Part shown: in pieces, positions 36,374 through 46,063 of the stretch
Layout: the number at the start of each line of letters is the position of its first letter
How positions within the stretch are numbered: position 1 is the first letter of the stretch
Source of the DNA: an uncultured Armatimonadetes bacterium
Lineage (GTDB): Bacteria; Armatimonadota; UBA5829; DTJY01
Assembly (NCBI GenBank): GCA_963717145.1
Contig: OY970325.1
Location: forward strand, 480,001 to 544,000
Length of the DNA stretch: 64,000 nucleotides
Direction: 5' to 3'
The notes under the pieces: generated by a model
The model's database searches: none
Seen by the model: the letters and a program-made list of their open reading frames with translations, nothing else
Told to the model about the DNA's origin: nothing
Program-made: the position numbers and the translations under genes

Positions 36374-37982
36374 CAACACTCCCAACGCAGCTCGAACGTT
36401 AGATGCGCTCCGCAGCGTCGGCTATGATTTCAATGCCGCTGTCGCCGATCTTGTAGACAACAGTATTGCGGCGGGTGCTGTGAACGTATGGGTGTTCTTC
36501 TACAGGTCAGGCGACGACTTCAGATTGAGGATTGTTGACAACGGCCGGGGCATGACTGCGGATGCGGTAAAGGAAGCCATGCGTCTTGGCACAGAGACTA
36601 CCTATGAGCAAGGAAGCTTAGGCAAGTACGGGTTCGGCCTGAAGACTGCATCGATCAGCCAGTGTCGCAGACTCACAGTATTGTCGCGAGCCAAACGCGA
36701 CCAGGAGTATCATGGCTTCACACTGGATATAGACGAGGTGCATAAGTCCAACCAATGGGAGATCACCGAAACATCAGCCGGAGACATCGGCAAGTATGTT
36801 GAGACTCGAATGGTTCCGAGTGGCACCGGCACGTCGGTACTCTGGGAGAAGATCGATCGCCTTGCCGAGGAGTACAATTCATTCCAGCGAGAAGGTGCTG
36901 CAGATAACTGGGTTGGCCGAAAGCTTGATGAACTCAAACAACACCTAAGCATGGTCTTCCACCGCTTCCTCGACGGATCAGCGGAAAGACGCAAGCCACT
37001 TGTGATCAGCTTCAACGGAAACAAGCTTGTCCCCTGGGACCCCTTCTGCACTGCCGAGCCAAACACAAGACGGTTACACGAAAAAGCCTTCATTCCACGC
37101 GAGCATGGATGCAGTGCCCCGGTCCGCGTGAAACCGTACATACTGCCGGTTAGAGAAGGTCCCGGAGGCTTCTCTTCCAGACAAGCCTGGGAGTCGGCCG
37201 CTGGGCCGCTCAAGTGGAATGATTCTCAGGGATACTATGTATACCGTGAAGATCGCCTGATACATTTCGGGGGCTGGCTATGGACGAGGGCAAAGGACGA
37301 GCATGTCAAATGCGCGCGAGTGGCTTTGTTGTTTCGCTCGGAACACGATGACGCATTCGAGATCTCTGTGAACAAGGTGCAAGTGAAGCTTCCCGCGAGT
37401 CTTCGGGAGTTCCTTGTAAACGAGGTGAACCCGGAGGTCGTGAAGATCGCGAACGAAACGTACCGTGGAAGTGCCCGTGGAGGCGATACAGGCAACCGCC
37501 ACAAGCGCTCAAGCCAAGTTGTGAAGAGCACTGCTCCCACGGCTATGCAGGAAGACCGTGTGAGTGTCCAGCCTAATGGCGCGGGCCATATCGAGGTGCA
37601 CAATCCCAAGGGAAGATTCGTCCTGAACCCAGAACGAGATACCATCGATATGGGTCTCCAGCGTTTTGAGATAAGAACAGGCGTTGTTGAGGACGGCGCT
37701 GTCTGGAAACTGGTTGGCACCCCTGAATGCGGGTTTGCGGTGATTCTCAATAGCGACCACCCGTTCTACCAGCTTGCATACGAAAACGGCAAACCGACGG
37801 CAGCTCTTACCATATTGCAGGATGCGCTTCTCTGCGCTATGGCCTATGCCGAGCTTCGATGTGGGTCAACAGGTAATCTGAGCTTGTTCAATGAGATTCG
37901 ACATGCGGTGTCGCAATTCTTGGAAAAGTGGACTGCCGATGCTCTGCAGACGACGCCACTCTCGAGTAGGAAGTCATCATGA
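36360..37982 (+). CDS. MORC/MutL-like GHKL ATPase (MzaB-like)
   Basis: LRSVGYDFNAAVADLVDNSIAAGA, DNGRGM, LGKYGFGLKTAS, GT, QGYYVYR..RLI..GGW, EISVNK. Confidence 0.9.
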   Translation: MRKHDNTPNAARTLDALRSVGYDFNAAVADLVDNSIAAGAVNVWVFFYRSGDDFRLRIVDNGRGMTADAVKEAMRLGTETTYEQGSLGKYGFGLKTASISQCRRLTVLSRAKRDQEYHGFTLDIDEVHKSNQWEITETSAGDIGKYVETRMVPSGTGTSVLWEKIDRLAEEYNSFQREGAADNWVGRKLDELKQHLSMVFHRFLDGSAERRKPLVISFNGNKLVPWDPFCTAEPNTRRLHEKAFIPREHGCSAPVRVKPYILPVREGPGGFSSRQAWESAAGPLKWNDSQGYYVYREDRLIHFGGWLWTRAKDEHVKCARVALLFRSEHDDAFEISVNKVQVKLPASLREFLVNEVNPEVVKIANETYRGSARGGDTGNRHKRSSQVVKSTAPTAMQEDRVSVQPNGAGHIEVHNPKGRFVLNPERDTIDMGLQRFEIRTGVVEDGAVWKLVGTPECGFAVILNSDHPFYQLAYENGKPTAALTILQDALLCAMAYAELRCGSTGNLSLFNEIRHAVSQFLEKWTADALQTTPLSSRKSS

Positions 37983-40612
37983 TAAGCCGCACTGACATCG
38001 CTGTTCATGCCATACTTCTGCAGGTGCAGGGCGGGTCCGACCTTGGTGAGGCACTTGCGGCGTACACAAACCCCTTCGATCGTGAGCCACTTCTTCCCGA
38101 GGAAGCCGACGATGTCTTGGCTCGGGTAAGCCGTGAGATAAGGTTTCAGGGTGCTCGCGCTACAGCGGAAGTTGAGGATCCCATTGTCATTGCAGAGAGG
38201 CATTTGCCGTGGTATGAGGACTGGCTTCTGGAGAATCCAAACCCCGCTAATCGGTATTACTGGAACCGACTGGCCGAATTCGTGGGAAGAACCTTCCAAA
38301 GTCGTTATTCACCCGAGGAAGCAGGCGCAATCCTACGTTCCATTGATAACTCCTCCGACGCCATTCTTCATCAGATGGAATCCACAGAACGGGGCTACTT
38401 CTCCTCAAAGGGATTGGTGGTCGGATATGTTCAGAGCGGCAAGACAGCTAACTTCACGGCGGTGGTGGCCAAGGCATTAGACGCTGGCTATCGCCTGGTG
38501 GTTGTCTTGACCGGGATTCATGAGAACCTTCGTCGCCAGACACAGCAACGAATGGATTGCGAGTTGACCGGAGAACCCGACCACAGAGAGCTAGATCATG
38601 TACCCCTCCATAGCCCTAACAGGCGTTTCTCCAGGTTTACTACCAGGGACTGCGATTTTGCGTCCACAGGCCTGGGCCATCTAGACGTAGATGAGGGATA
38701 TCCCAATCCCATACTTCTTGTCATGAAGAAGAACCCCGCTCGGATGAGAAGCTTCATCCGCTGGGTGGAGCGAGCATCTGAGGAGACCCGTTTCCATCTC
38801 CCCCTCCTTCTCATCGATGATGAAGCGGACTTGGCGTCGATAGACACCCGCTACGGACGAGGTCAGGGACCAACAACTACGCCAACGCCCACCAATGAGA
38901 GCATTAGGCGGATCCTTGCTCTGTTTCCTCGCAATGTCTATGTCGGATACACCGCCACACCGTTCGCGAATGTGCTCATCGACATGAGCGTCGAACATGA
39001 CACATGTGGACGCGATCTGTACCCACGAAACTTCATCGTAGCCCTACCACGCCCAGAGGATTACTTCGGCGCGGAGAGGGTCTTCTCGCGAGGGCGTGAT
39101 AGCCATTACGTCAGGACCATCGCCACTGCCGAACTACCTCGGTTCGTCCCGACGACGACAACGCTCCATAGCATACCCCGTGATGTAACCGGATCGCTGT
39201 ATAATGCAGTATTGTCCTTCATCCTTGCCGGCGCGGCCAGGGCCGCAAGGCAGCAGGGCGCAAAGCCCATGACCATGCTCGTCCATACTACGCATCGGCA
39301 GGCAGGGCACAGTCGCATGCGTGAAGTCTTGGACCGCTACTGCAACTCGCTGAGAGCCTTGTGGGCTGATCAGTACGAAGGTCCTCGGCTTCGTCGTCAC
39401 TTTGCCTGCCTGTGGCATCAGGATTTCATGCGCACTACTCAGATGCTGGACGACGACTTTCCGGGACGGAGAATGGGCTTCTCTGCTATCGAGGGGCATA
39501 TTCCTACCTTTCTGGACCAGATTCATGTCCTGGAGCTGAACGCGAGCTCAGAGGATGAGCTAGATTACACCCAGTATCCAGACCGCAAGGTCATTGCCGT
39601 GGGGGGGAATCAGCTATCCAGAGGGCTGACACTGGAGGGCCTCGCTGTCAGCTTCTACTTGCGAAGGACCGGGGCGTACGATACGCTCTTGCAGATGGGG
39701 AGATGGTTTGGCTACAGAAGTGGCTACGAGGACCTAACTCGCGTGTATACGTCAGAGGTGCTCGCGAGCTGGTTTGAGGACTTGGCCCTTGTAGAACAGG
39801 AACTCCGAGATGACATTGGACGATATGAGGATGAAGGTCTCACTCCCGCAGAAGTCTCCGTCCGCATACGGGCGCATCGGACTCTTCGCGTAACGGCCCG
39901 AAACAAGATGGGTGCGGCGCAGGTCATAAGGGGTTCGTTTAGTGGCAGGTTAGCCCAGACTATCTGGTTCCAGTTGGATCAGCCTGCGGTGCTGAGGCAG
40001 AACTTGGCCACAGCAGGTAGCTTTGTTGATGAATTGCACCAAGCCTATCCCTGCCAGCAACGGGATGGAGCATACATCCTCCAAGGTATTCCACATGGTC
40101 CAGTCATGGACTTCTTGGAGGGCTACAGGTTTGACCCGAGAACACACGATGCGGGGCCCGGTCTCGACAGCGACGACATGCTTGAGTACATCAGGAGACA
40201 GATTGGCTCCGGGGAGCTGACCCAGTGGAATGTGGCTGTGGTTGGGCAGACGGAATCAAGGCCCCGCGAGAACACGCCCATTGAGCTGGGAGGCGTCAGC
40301 ATCATCCCGGTACGACGAACCCGGATGCAGAAGCATCGGTGGAAGATAGGTGTCCTGAGTGATCCCAATGATCTGACTCTGGATGAAGAGGGGGTACGAG
40401 GGAATCCCCACGAAGGACGACGACATCCGTTGTTGCTGCTCTACCCTGTCTGGCATGGTTCACAGCCCGACAGGCCTTCTGGCACCAGGGAGACTCTGTT
40501 CAAGGATATAGAGGAGCAAGTCGATCTTCTCGGTCTGGTCATCGTGTTTCCCAAGAGCCAATCTGAGCCTAATATTGTCATTTCGCAGCCTGATGGAAGG
40601 GATGCGGTCTAG
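37979..40612 (+). CDS. Z1-domain SF2-helicase-like endonuclease (MzaC-like)
   Basis: GLVVGYVQSGKT, LIDDEAD, YVGYTATPFAN, LSRGLTLEGL, DTLLQMGRWFGYR. Confidence 0.9.
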   Translation: MISRTDIAVHAILLQVQGGSDLGEALAAYTNPFDREPLLPEEADDVLARVSREIRFQGARATAEVEDPIVIAERHLPWYEDWLLENPNPANRYYWNRLAEFVGRTFQSRYSPEEAGAILRSIDNSSDAILHQMESTERGYFSSKGLVVGYVQSGKTANFTAVVAKALDAGYRLVVVLTGIHENLRRQTQQRMDCELTGEPDHRELDHVPLHSPNRRFSRFTTRDCDFASTGLGHLDVDEGYPNPILLVMKKNPARMRSFIRWVERASEETRFHLPLLLIDDEADLASIDTRYGRGQGPTTTPTPTNESIRRILALFPRNVYVGYTATPFANVLIDMSVEHDTCGRDLYPRNFIVALPRPEDYFGAERVFSRGRDSHYVRTIATAELPRFVPTTTTLHSIPRDVTGSLYNAVLSFILAGAARAARQQGAKPMTMLVHTTHRQAGHSRMREVLDRYCNSLRALWADQYEGPRLRRHFACLWHQDFMRTTQMLDDDFPGRRMGFSAIEGHIPTFLDQIHVLELNASSEDELDYTQYPDRKVIAVGGNQLSRGLTLEGLAVSFYLRRTGAYDTLLQMGRWFGYRSGYEDLTRVYTSEVLASWFEDLALVEQELRDDIGRYEDEGLTPAEVSVRIRAHRTLRVTARNKMGAAQVIRGSFSGRLAQTIWFQLDQPAVLRQNLATAGSFVDELHQAYPCQQRDGAYILQGIPHGPVMDFLEGYRFDPRTHDAGPGLDSDDMLEYIRRQIGSGELTQWNVAVVGQTESRPRENTPIELGGVSIIPVRRTRMQKHRWKIGVLSDPNDLTLDEEGVRGNPHEGRRHPLLLLYPVWHGSQPDRPSGTRETLFKDIEEQVDLLGLVIVFPKSQSEPNIVISQPDGRDAV

Positions 40613-41649
40613 TGGATATCGAGGCGGTAACTCAGGCAATATGGGCGAATCTGCGAGGAAAGGAGACCTCGGATCTTTCCATGGCCCCAGCGGAGCCGCT
40701 TACCTTTATGAGTAAGGAGAGCCCGTATGTTTGTGTCATGGTATCACGTGATGGGACACTGCACCTCCTGCTGTCACCAGATTCGCCACTGGCTGAAAAG
40801 CTGATAGACCCCGGAGTTGTCGGCATACGCGTTGGCCTGTTGCCTGACTGTCTTGTGGTGGGCAGGCCGAGGCAGACCTACATTGACGTACGCTGCGATT
40901 CCCAGCAGTTCTCCGGACCGTTCACGGTAGTGATCAGGCAGGTCGCTCTCGCCATCCTACGCGATGGAAAGCCGCCGAGTGTTGCTGTGAATTCGGTTCT
41001 CCGCCTCTGGCGACGGTTCTGGATCAGACAGCCCACGGGTGCTCTGTCGGAGGCCGAACAACTCGGTCTGCTGGCGGAGCTAATGATGCTGCAGGCTCTG
41101 ATCGAGGCTGGTGTTCAGAACGCCGTCTTGGCTTGGACTGGCCCACTGGGTGGCGAACATGATTTCGAATTGCCGGGCATAGCACTTGAGGTCAAATCGA
41201 CTCTAGGCAATCAGCGAAGGCACCTGATCAATGGTCTTCATCAGTTGGAGATGACTTCCGGACGCGCGCTCCTGGTAGTCTCCACCCTTGCCCTCCGTGG
41301 CGAAGGAGGAGTTGCGCTGTCAGGCACGGCAGCCCTTCTCTTGAACATGATTGACACTCCAGAAGAACAGGAAGGGTATCTGGATCGTCTCGCCGCCGCG
41401 GGGTACTCCCCGGCACATGATGATGAGTACGCGATTTCCCTCTTCATCATGGGAGAGCCGGTGGTGTTCCATGTTGATGAAGGATTTCCCAAGATCACAC
41501 CAGAATCGCTTACTAAGCCCATATCCCCCCGAATCGATGCCGTACGCTACAGCGTTGATCTCGATGGGTTGCCACATTTCGGGATGCAGTCACAGGACTT
41601 TGTGAAACTGCTACGCTCAGGAAGTGACGAGCAGCATTCAGGAGTCTGA
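40612..41649 (+). CDS. PD-(D/E)XK motif protein (DUF4420, MzaD-like)
   Basis: W..FW, QLGLLAEL, WTGP...HDF...ALEVKST, INGLHQL, FPKITP. Confidence 0.85.
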   Translation: MDIEAVTQAIWANLRGKETSDLSMAPAEPLTFMSKESPYVCVMVSRDGTLHLLLSPDSPLAEKLIDPGVVGIRVGLLPDCLVVGRPRQTYIDVRCDSQQFSGPFTVVIRQVALAILRDGKPPSVAVNSVLRLWRRFWIRQPTGALSEAEQLGLLAELMMLQALIEAGVQNAVLAWTGPLGGEHDFELPGIALEVKSTLGNQRRHLINGLHQLEMTSGRALLVVSTLALRGEGGVALSGTAALLLNMIDTPEEQEGYLDRLAAAGYSPAHDDEYAISLFIMGEPVVFHVDEGFPKITPESLTKPISPRIDAVRYSVDLDGLPHFGMQSQDFVKLLRSGSDEQHSGV

Positions 41650-41688
41650 TCCTGGGGTACGGGATCGCCGTATTGATGATTCGGAGGT

Positions 41689-43317
41689 ATGCTCTTGCAG
41701 ATACCAGTGATCGACCTGTTCGCAGGCCCCGGTGGGCTTGGCGAAGGATTCTCAGCATACCTCGCAGAGTCGGGTGAACACCCCTTCCGGATAGCTCTTT
41801 CCGTTGAAAAGGATCCCGATGCTCACCGCACTCTCATGCTGCGTAGCTTCTATCGCCAGTTCCGCGAACAGCCGGTGCCGGAGGACTACTACAGCTACCT
41901 GAGAGGCGATCTCGATCCAGTCCTACTGTCTGCCAGATGGCCGAACGAGTGGAAGGCTGCACAGAATGAGGCTCTTCACGCCGAACTGGGCACCGCCGAA
42001 GGCGATAAGGAAGTGGCAAAGAGAATCAGCGGACTGAAGTGCACGTTGCGCCATTCGCCCTGGGTACTCATAGGAGGCCCACCGTGCCAAGCCTATTCCA
42101 TGGTGGGGCGGAACAGACGTAAGGGCTTGAACCCTGAGGAGTTCGAAAAAGATCACCGTCATTTCCTCTATAGAGAGTATCTGAGGATCCTCGCCAAGCA
42201 TTCCCCTGCGGTTTTCGTCATGGAGAACGTTCCGGGGCTTCTATCTACAGTGATCGAGGGCAAGAATATCTTCCAGAAGATACTGGAGGACCTGCGAGTA
42301 CCCTCGAAGGCCGTGGCTGACCAGAACAATGCAGTCGAAAGAAGTCTCCTGCCCTACAGATATGAGATATATTCGCTGTCAGTGAAGAAGGAAAGCCCGG
42401 CCGATCTCAAACCGAGCGACTTCATAGTGAGGAGCGAGGACTATGGTGTTCCGCAGACCCGCCACCGATTGATTCTGATCGGAGTCAGAAGCGATGTGCA
42501 TATGCAACCGGCATTATTGGCAAGGCAATCGCCCCGGATTCCTGTCGAGCATGTCATACGTGACCTGCCGAAACTCCGAAGCTGCTTGTCCAAGGAACCC
42601 GATTCTGTATCTGCGTGGACGGGCGTACTCAAGGCAATACCAACCCAGGAGTGGTTTTCCAGCATCTCCGATCATCGGGTGCGCGAGCAGATGTTGAAGC
42701 GGGTCGGCGATATAGGACCTGATCTAACTCCAGGCGAGCAGTTTCTGCCGCATACAGGCGGTCCCCATGATCTGCGGGAATGGATCCATGATGATAGACT
42801 GATGGGGGTGTGCAATCATGTGTCCAAAGCGCACATGCGGGCCGATCTCTACCGTTACATGTTCGCGGCATGCTATGCCGAAGTTCACGGCGTGTCGCCT
42901 CGCATGAAGGATTTCCCTGAAGCACTCTGGCCGTTTCACACCAATGTCAAAGAGGCCGTGAGCGGCGACAAGTTCGATGACAGATTTCGGGTGCAAGTGG
43001 CGAAGGAGCCTTCGAAGACGATTACCTCACACATCGCCAAAGATGGACACTACAACATACACTATGATGCCGCCCAGTGTCGCAGCCTGACAGTGCGGGA
43101 GGCCGCAAGGCTACAGACATTCCCGGATAATTACCTTTTTGAAGGTAATAGAACTGCCCAGTACCGACAAGTGGGCAATGCTGTGCCTCCTTACCTGGCA
43201 CGGCAGGTTGCGGCTTTGGTCTATCCTCTGCTAGTGAATGCGCCCTTGGCAAGGTACAATGACAGACACATTGACCAGCGACAAGCGAAGCTGGAATATG
43301 TCCCGTATCAGATCTAA
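41689..43317 (+). CDS. dcm: DNA (cytosine-5)-methyltransferase
   Basis: IDLFAGPGGL, GGPPCQ, ENV, YGVPQTRHR, LTVREAARLQTFPD, QVGNAVPP. Confidence 0.95.
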   Translation: MLLQIPVIDLFAGPGGLGEGFSAYLAESGEHPFRIALSVEKDPDAHRTLMLRSFYRQFREQPVPEDYYSYLRGDLDPVLLSARWPNEWKAAQNEALHAELGTAEGDKEVAKRISGLKCTLRHSPWVLIGGPPCQAYSMVGRNRRKGLNPEEFEKDHRHFLYREYLRILAKHSPAVFVMENVPGLLSTVIEGKNIFQKILEDLRVPSKAVADQNNAVERSLLPYRYEIYSLSVKKESPADLKPSDFIVRSEDYGVPQTRHRLILIGVRSDVHMQPALLARQSPRIPVEHVIRDLPKLRSCLSKEPDSVSAWTGVLKAIPTQEWFSSISDHRVREQMLKRVGDIGPDLTPGEQFLPHTGGPHDLREWIHDDRLMGVCNHVSKAHMRADLYRYMFAACYAEVHGVSPRMKDFPEALWPFHTNVKEAVSGDKFDDRFRVQVAKEPSKTITSHIAKDGHYNIHYDAAQCRSLTVREAARLQTFPDNYLFEGNRTAQYRQVGNAVPPYLARQVAALVYPLLVNAPLARYNDRHIDQRQAKLEYVPYQI

Positions 43318-43708
43318 GAATACCGGTCCGGAGATGATTGTCCGCTCTGCACTTCACCGAATGGGCTACCGGTTTCGGCTGCATGTGCGCAAGCTCCCCG
43401 GAACACCCGACATCGTGCTGCCGAAGCGCAGGATAGCGATCTTCGTCCACGGCTGTTTTTGGCACAGGCATCCCGACTGTAAGTACGCATACACACCGAA
43501 GAGTCGCCCGGAGTTCTGGCTGGCCAAGTTTCGTGATAACGTGGCTCGCCACGATGTGGTTGCTCGCCAGCTTGCCGATCTGGGTTGGACGGTCTTGGTC
43601 ATCTGGGAGTGTGAGACGGTTGACCGGGAACAGTTCGCTGCCAGGCTTAAGCAAGCCATCGAGTCACTGTCCGCAGTCAGCACTTCAGCCCCGCCCAAAG
43701 CTGCCTGA
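43259..43708 (+). CDS. vsr: Very short patch repair endonuclease
   Basis: RSWNMSRIRSKNTGPE, LPGTPD, FVHGCFWH, FW..K...N..., GW.VLVIWEC. Confidence 0.95.
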   Translation: MTDTLTSDKRSWNMSRIRSKNTGPEMIVRSALHRMGYRFRLHVRKLPGTPDIVLPKRRIAIFVHGCFWHRHPDCKYAYTPKSRPEFWLAKFRDNVARHDVVARQLADLGWTVLVIWECETVDREQFAARLKQAIESLSAVSTSAPPKAA

Positions 43709-43858
43709 TCGGCGACTGCATCCATGCTTCCTCCCTCCTGCAGCGGGTCAAGTCGATCCCGCGACTTCCTAGACAGCGGGTTCCGCTTCTTCTACGCACG
43801 CTCCTGCCTCGTGGAACGGGGCTGCCTCATTCAGTATCCACCAGTTTGTAGTTCCTGT

Positions 43859-44058
43859 CCGGGTTGGGAGAAGTTGTTTCCGGGCGGGGAGAGATTGTTG
43901 CGGGGGATTAGGAAGATGTTGTCGGGGATTAGGAAGATGTTTCCGGGCGGGAAGACATTGTTGCGGGGGATTAGGAAGATGTTCGCGGGGATTGACAACT
44001 TCCTTCCGGGCTGGAAGATCTTTCCGCCGGGCGATTGGAGGTTCTCTCCGCCCGGAAT
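43859..44058. repeat. Degenerate tandem array, about 9 x 21 bp
   Basis: ccgggcggggagagattgttg / cgggggattaggaagatgttg units; reads as heptads (QHLPNPP QQSLPAR) on the minus strand. Confidence 0.85.
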
Positions 44059-44336
44059 ATTGATATTCGACGCGTAATCGAAAATCCAAAATCCAATATC
44101 TAGATATTCTGGTTCGGTGTGCCAATAATAGGATTGGCGGTCGGAGAGAGCAAATGGTTGATCGCTGATGGTTCATCGTTCATAGAGAGACCATCGGCTA
44201 TCCGCTGTCTCACCGATCGCGGCCCGCATGGAGCAGAAAGGTCGAAGATAACGACAATCCTGCTTCCCAATGGCGGAGATTCGTTTTACCCGGTCCGTAG
44301 GATCGGAATCTTTACCTAGGAAAGGGAACAAGAAAC

Positions 44337-45005
44337 ATGAGTACCAGTTATTTCCCGTCCAATGATTCTGCGTTCAGCAGTTGGGCGGACACTTTCATCG
44401 CCTATCTCGAGCCGAACGTTGCGAGGTTCGGGCTGGCCATCCCCGACCTCGTCCCGCTCGTCGACGTTCATCCCCTGTGGGACACTATCCTCGGCGAGCA
44501 CTTCACAGCTCAGGCGACCGCGAAGAGCATGACTTCGCAGAAGAATGTGACGCGCGATACCTTCGAGGAGGTGATCCGCTCGCTCGTCAACCGGATAAAC
44601 GCGTATCCCGGCACGACCGACGCCGATCGTGAGGCGCTGGGGATCAAAAGCGCTCAGCCGGTCCAGACGACGGGCATGGACACCATCCCAGACACGCCCA
44701 TCGCGCTGATCGATGTGGGTGGCCGCCTGAAGCACGTGCTCCGGGTGCAGAACTCGACCGGCCAGGGAGTGAGCAGGAGCAAGCCGGCCGGCGCTCTCGG
44801 ATGCGAGGTCTGGCGGAAGGTTGGCGACGCGCCTCAGCCGGGCGAGGAGTTGCAGTACGTCGGGCTGGTGACGCGGAATCCGTTCCCGATCGAGTACACC
44901 TCCGTCGATGGCGGGAAGCAGGTTCACTACATGCTCCGCTGGGTGAACTCCAAGGGTGTCTACAGCAGTTGGAGCGAGACGGAGTCCGCCACCATAGCTG
45001 CATAG
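44337..45005 (+). CDS. Uncharacterised 222-aa protein, paralog of 1194-1856
   Basis: Collinear with the 1194-1856 product, roughly half identical by eye. Confidence 0.85.
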   Translation: MSTSYFPSNDSAFSSWADTFIAYLEPNVARFGLAIPDLVPLVDVHPLWDTILGEHFTAQATAKSMTSQKNVTRDTFEEVIRSLVNRINAYPGTTDADREALGIKSAQPVQTTGMDTIPDTPIALIDVGGRLKHVLRVQNSTGQGVSRSKPAGALGCEVWRKVGDAPQPGEELQYVGLVTRNPFPIEYTSVDGGKQVHYMLRWVNSKGVYSSWSETESATIAA

Positions 45006-45136
45006 GGGGAATGGCTGATGGTTCATGGTTGATGGCTGATGCCGGAAACCGGGAACCACAGAGGACACAGAGAAGAGAAGTTCATATTGAGGAATAGCAA
45101 GACTCGGGCGGGGCGGATTGATTGCCTCGCCCTTTC

Positions 45137-45244
45137 GTTCATGTAGGAGGGATTTTGCGGGATGGTTCGTGCCCGCTAATCCCGAACGTTGGACTTCGGG
45201 ATTAGCGGGCACGAACCATCCCGCAAAATCCCTCCTACATGAAC
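45137..45244. repeat. Long GTAG-type palindrome between convergent genes
   Basis: About 50-bp perfect arms GTTCATGTAGGAGGGATTTTGCGGGATGGTTCGTGCCCGCTAATCCCGAA. Confidence 0.85.
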
Positions 45245-45249
45245 CTTCT

Positions 45250-45916
45250 CTAGTGCAACTCGCGGAAGACGCCGGTCTCCATGTAGGCTATGCGCTCGCC
45301 GACGTTGGTGATGTGGTCGGCGATCCTCTCCAGGTAGCGGGCGACGAGGATGAGTTCCACCGCGCGGAGGGCGACCTCGGGCTTCTCCTGTATCATCGCG
45401 ATCATCATGTCGCGGACCTCGCGGTACAGGGCATCCACTTCATCATCCTCGCGGGCGACCTCCGAGATCGCGTCCACATCGTGGTTGACGAACGCCTGGA
45501 GCGATTCGTGCAGCATCCTCTGAACTATCTGGGCGATGCTGCGGTATCTTCACCAGCGTCGTGATCGGCTCCATCGGCGCGAGCTTCTTCGCGGCCTTGG
45601 CGATGTCGAGGGCATAGTCGCCCATGCGCTCGACATCCTTGATGATGTAGAGCCCGGCGGCGATGGTTCGCAGGTCACGGGCCATCGGTTGCTGAAGCGC
45701 AAGGAGGTCGAGGCACCGCTGCTCGATGGTCAGGTTGTACTCATCGACAACGTCGTCCCTGGCGATGATCTCCTCCGCCAGCGCGGTATTACGCTCGCGC
45801 AGGGCCTTGATCGCCCCGGAGAGCATGTCCTCGACGACGCTCCCCATCTTGAGGATATCCTGCTTCATCTCCTGCAGTTGTTCATCGAAGCTTCTTCTGG
45901 TATGTCCGGTATCCAT
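45250..45916 (-). CDS. phoU: Phosphate signalling protein PhoU (apparent +1 frameshift at about 45540)
   Basis: DDVVD, QQPMARDLR, DVERMGD in one frame; DDEVDALY, ARYLERIADHITNVGE in another. Confidence 0.85.
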
Positions 45917-45960
45917 CGATCCTCCGTATCTTCCCCTGAGGAAATCCCCGATCCCGGAGC

Positions 45961-46053
45961 ACCCCACCCCAACCCTCCCCGCAACGGAGAGGGAGTACCT
46001 CTCTTGTAGGCGGGGGCGCTCCCTCTCCGTTGCGGGGAGGGCTGGGGTGGGGT
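45961..46053. repeat. REP-like inverted pair (CCCCACCCCAACCCTCCCCGCAACGGAGAGGG family)
   Basis: Same arm sequence as 13078-13189, opposite arm order. Confidence 0.9.
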
Positions 46054-46063
46054 TCTCCGCATC

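Noticed and set aside
1194-45005. Composite transposon bounded by inverted IS copies
   Set aside because: The paralogs are too diverged, show no DDE, HUH or recombinase motifs, and have no terminal inverted repeats or target duplication that I can see.
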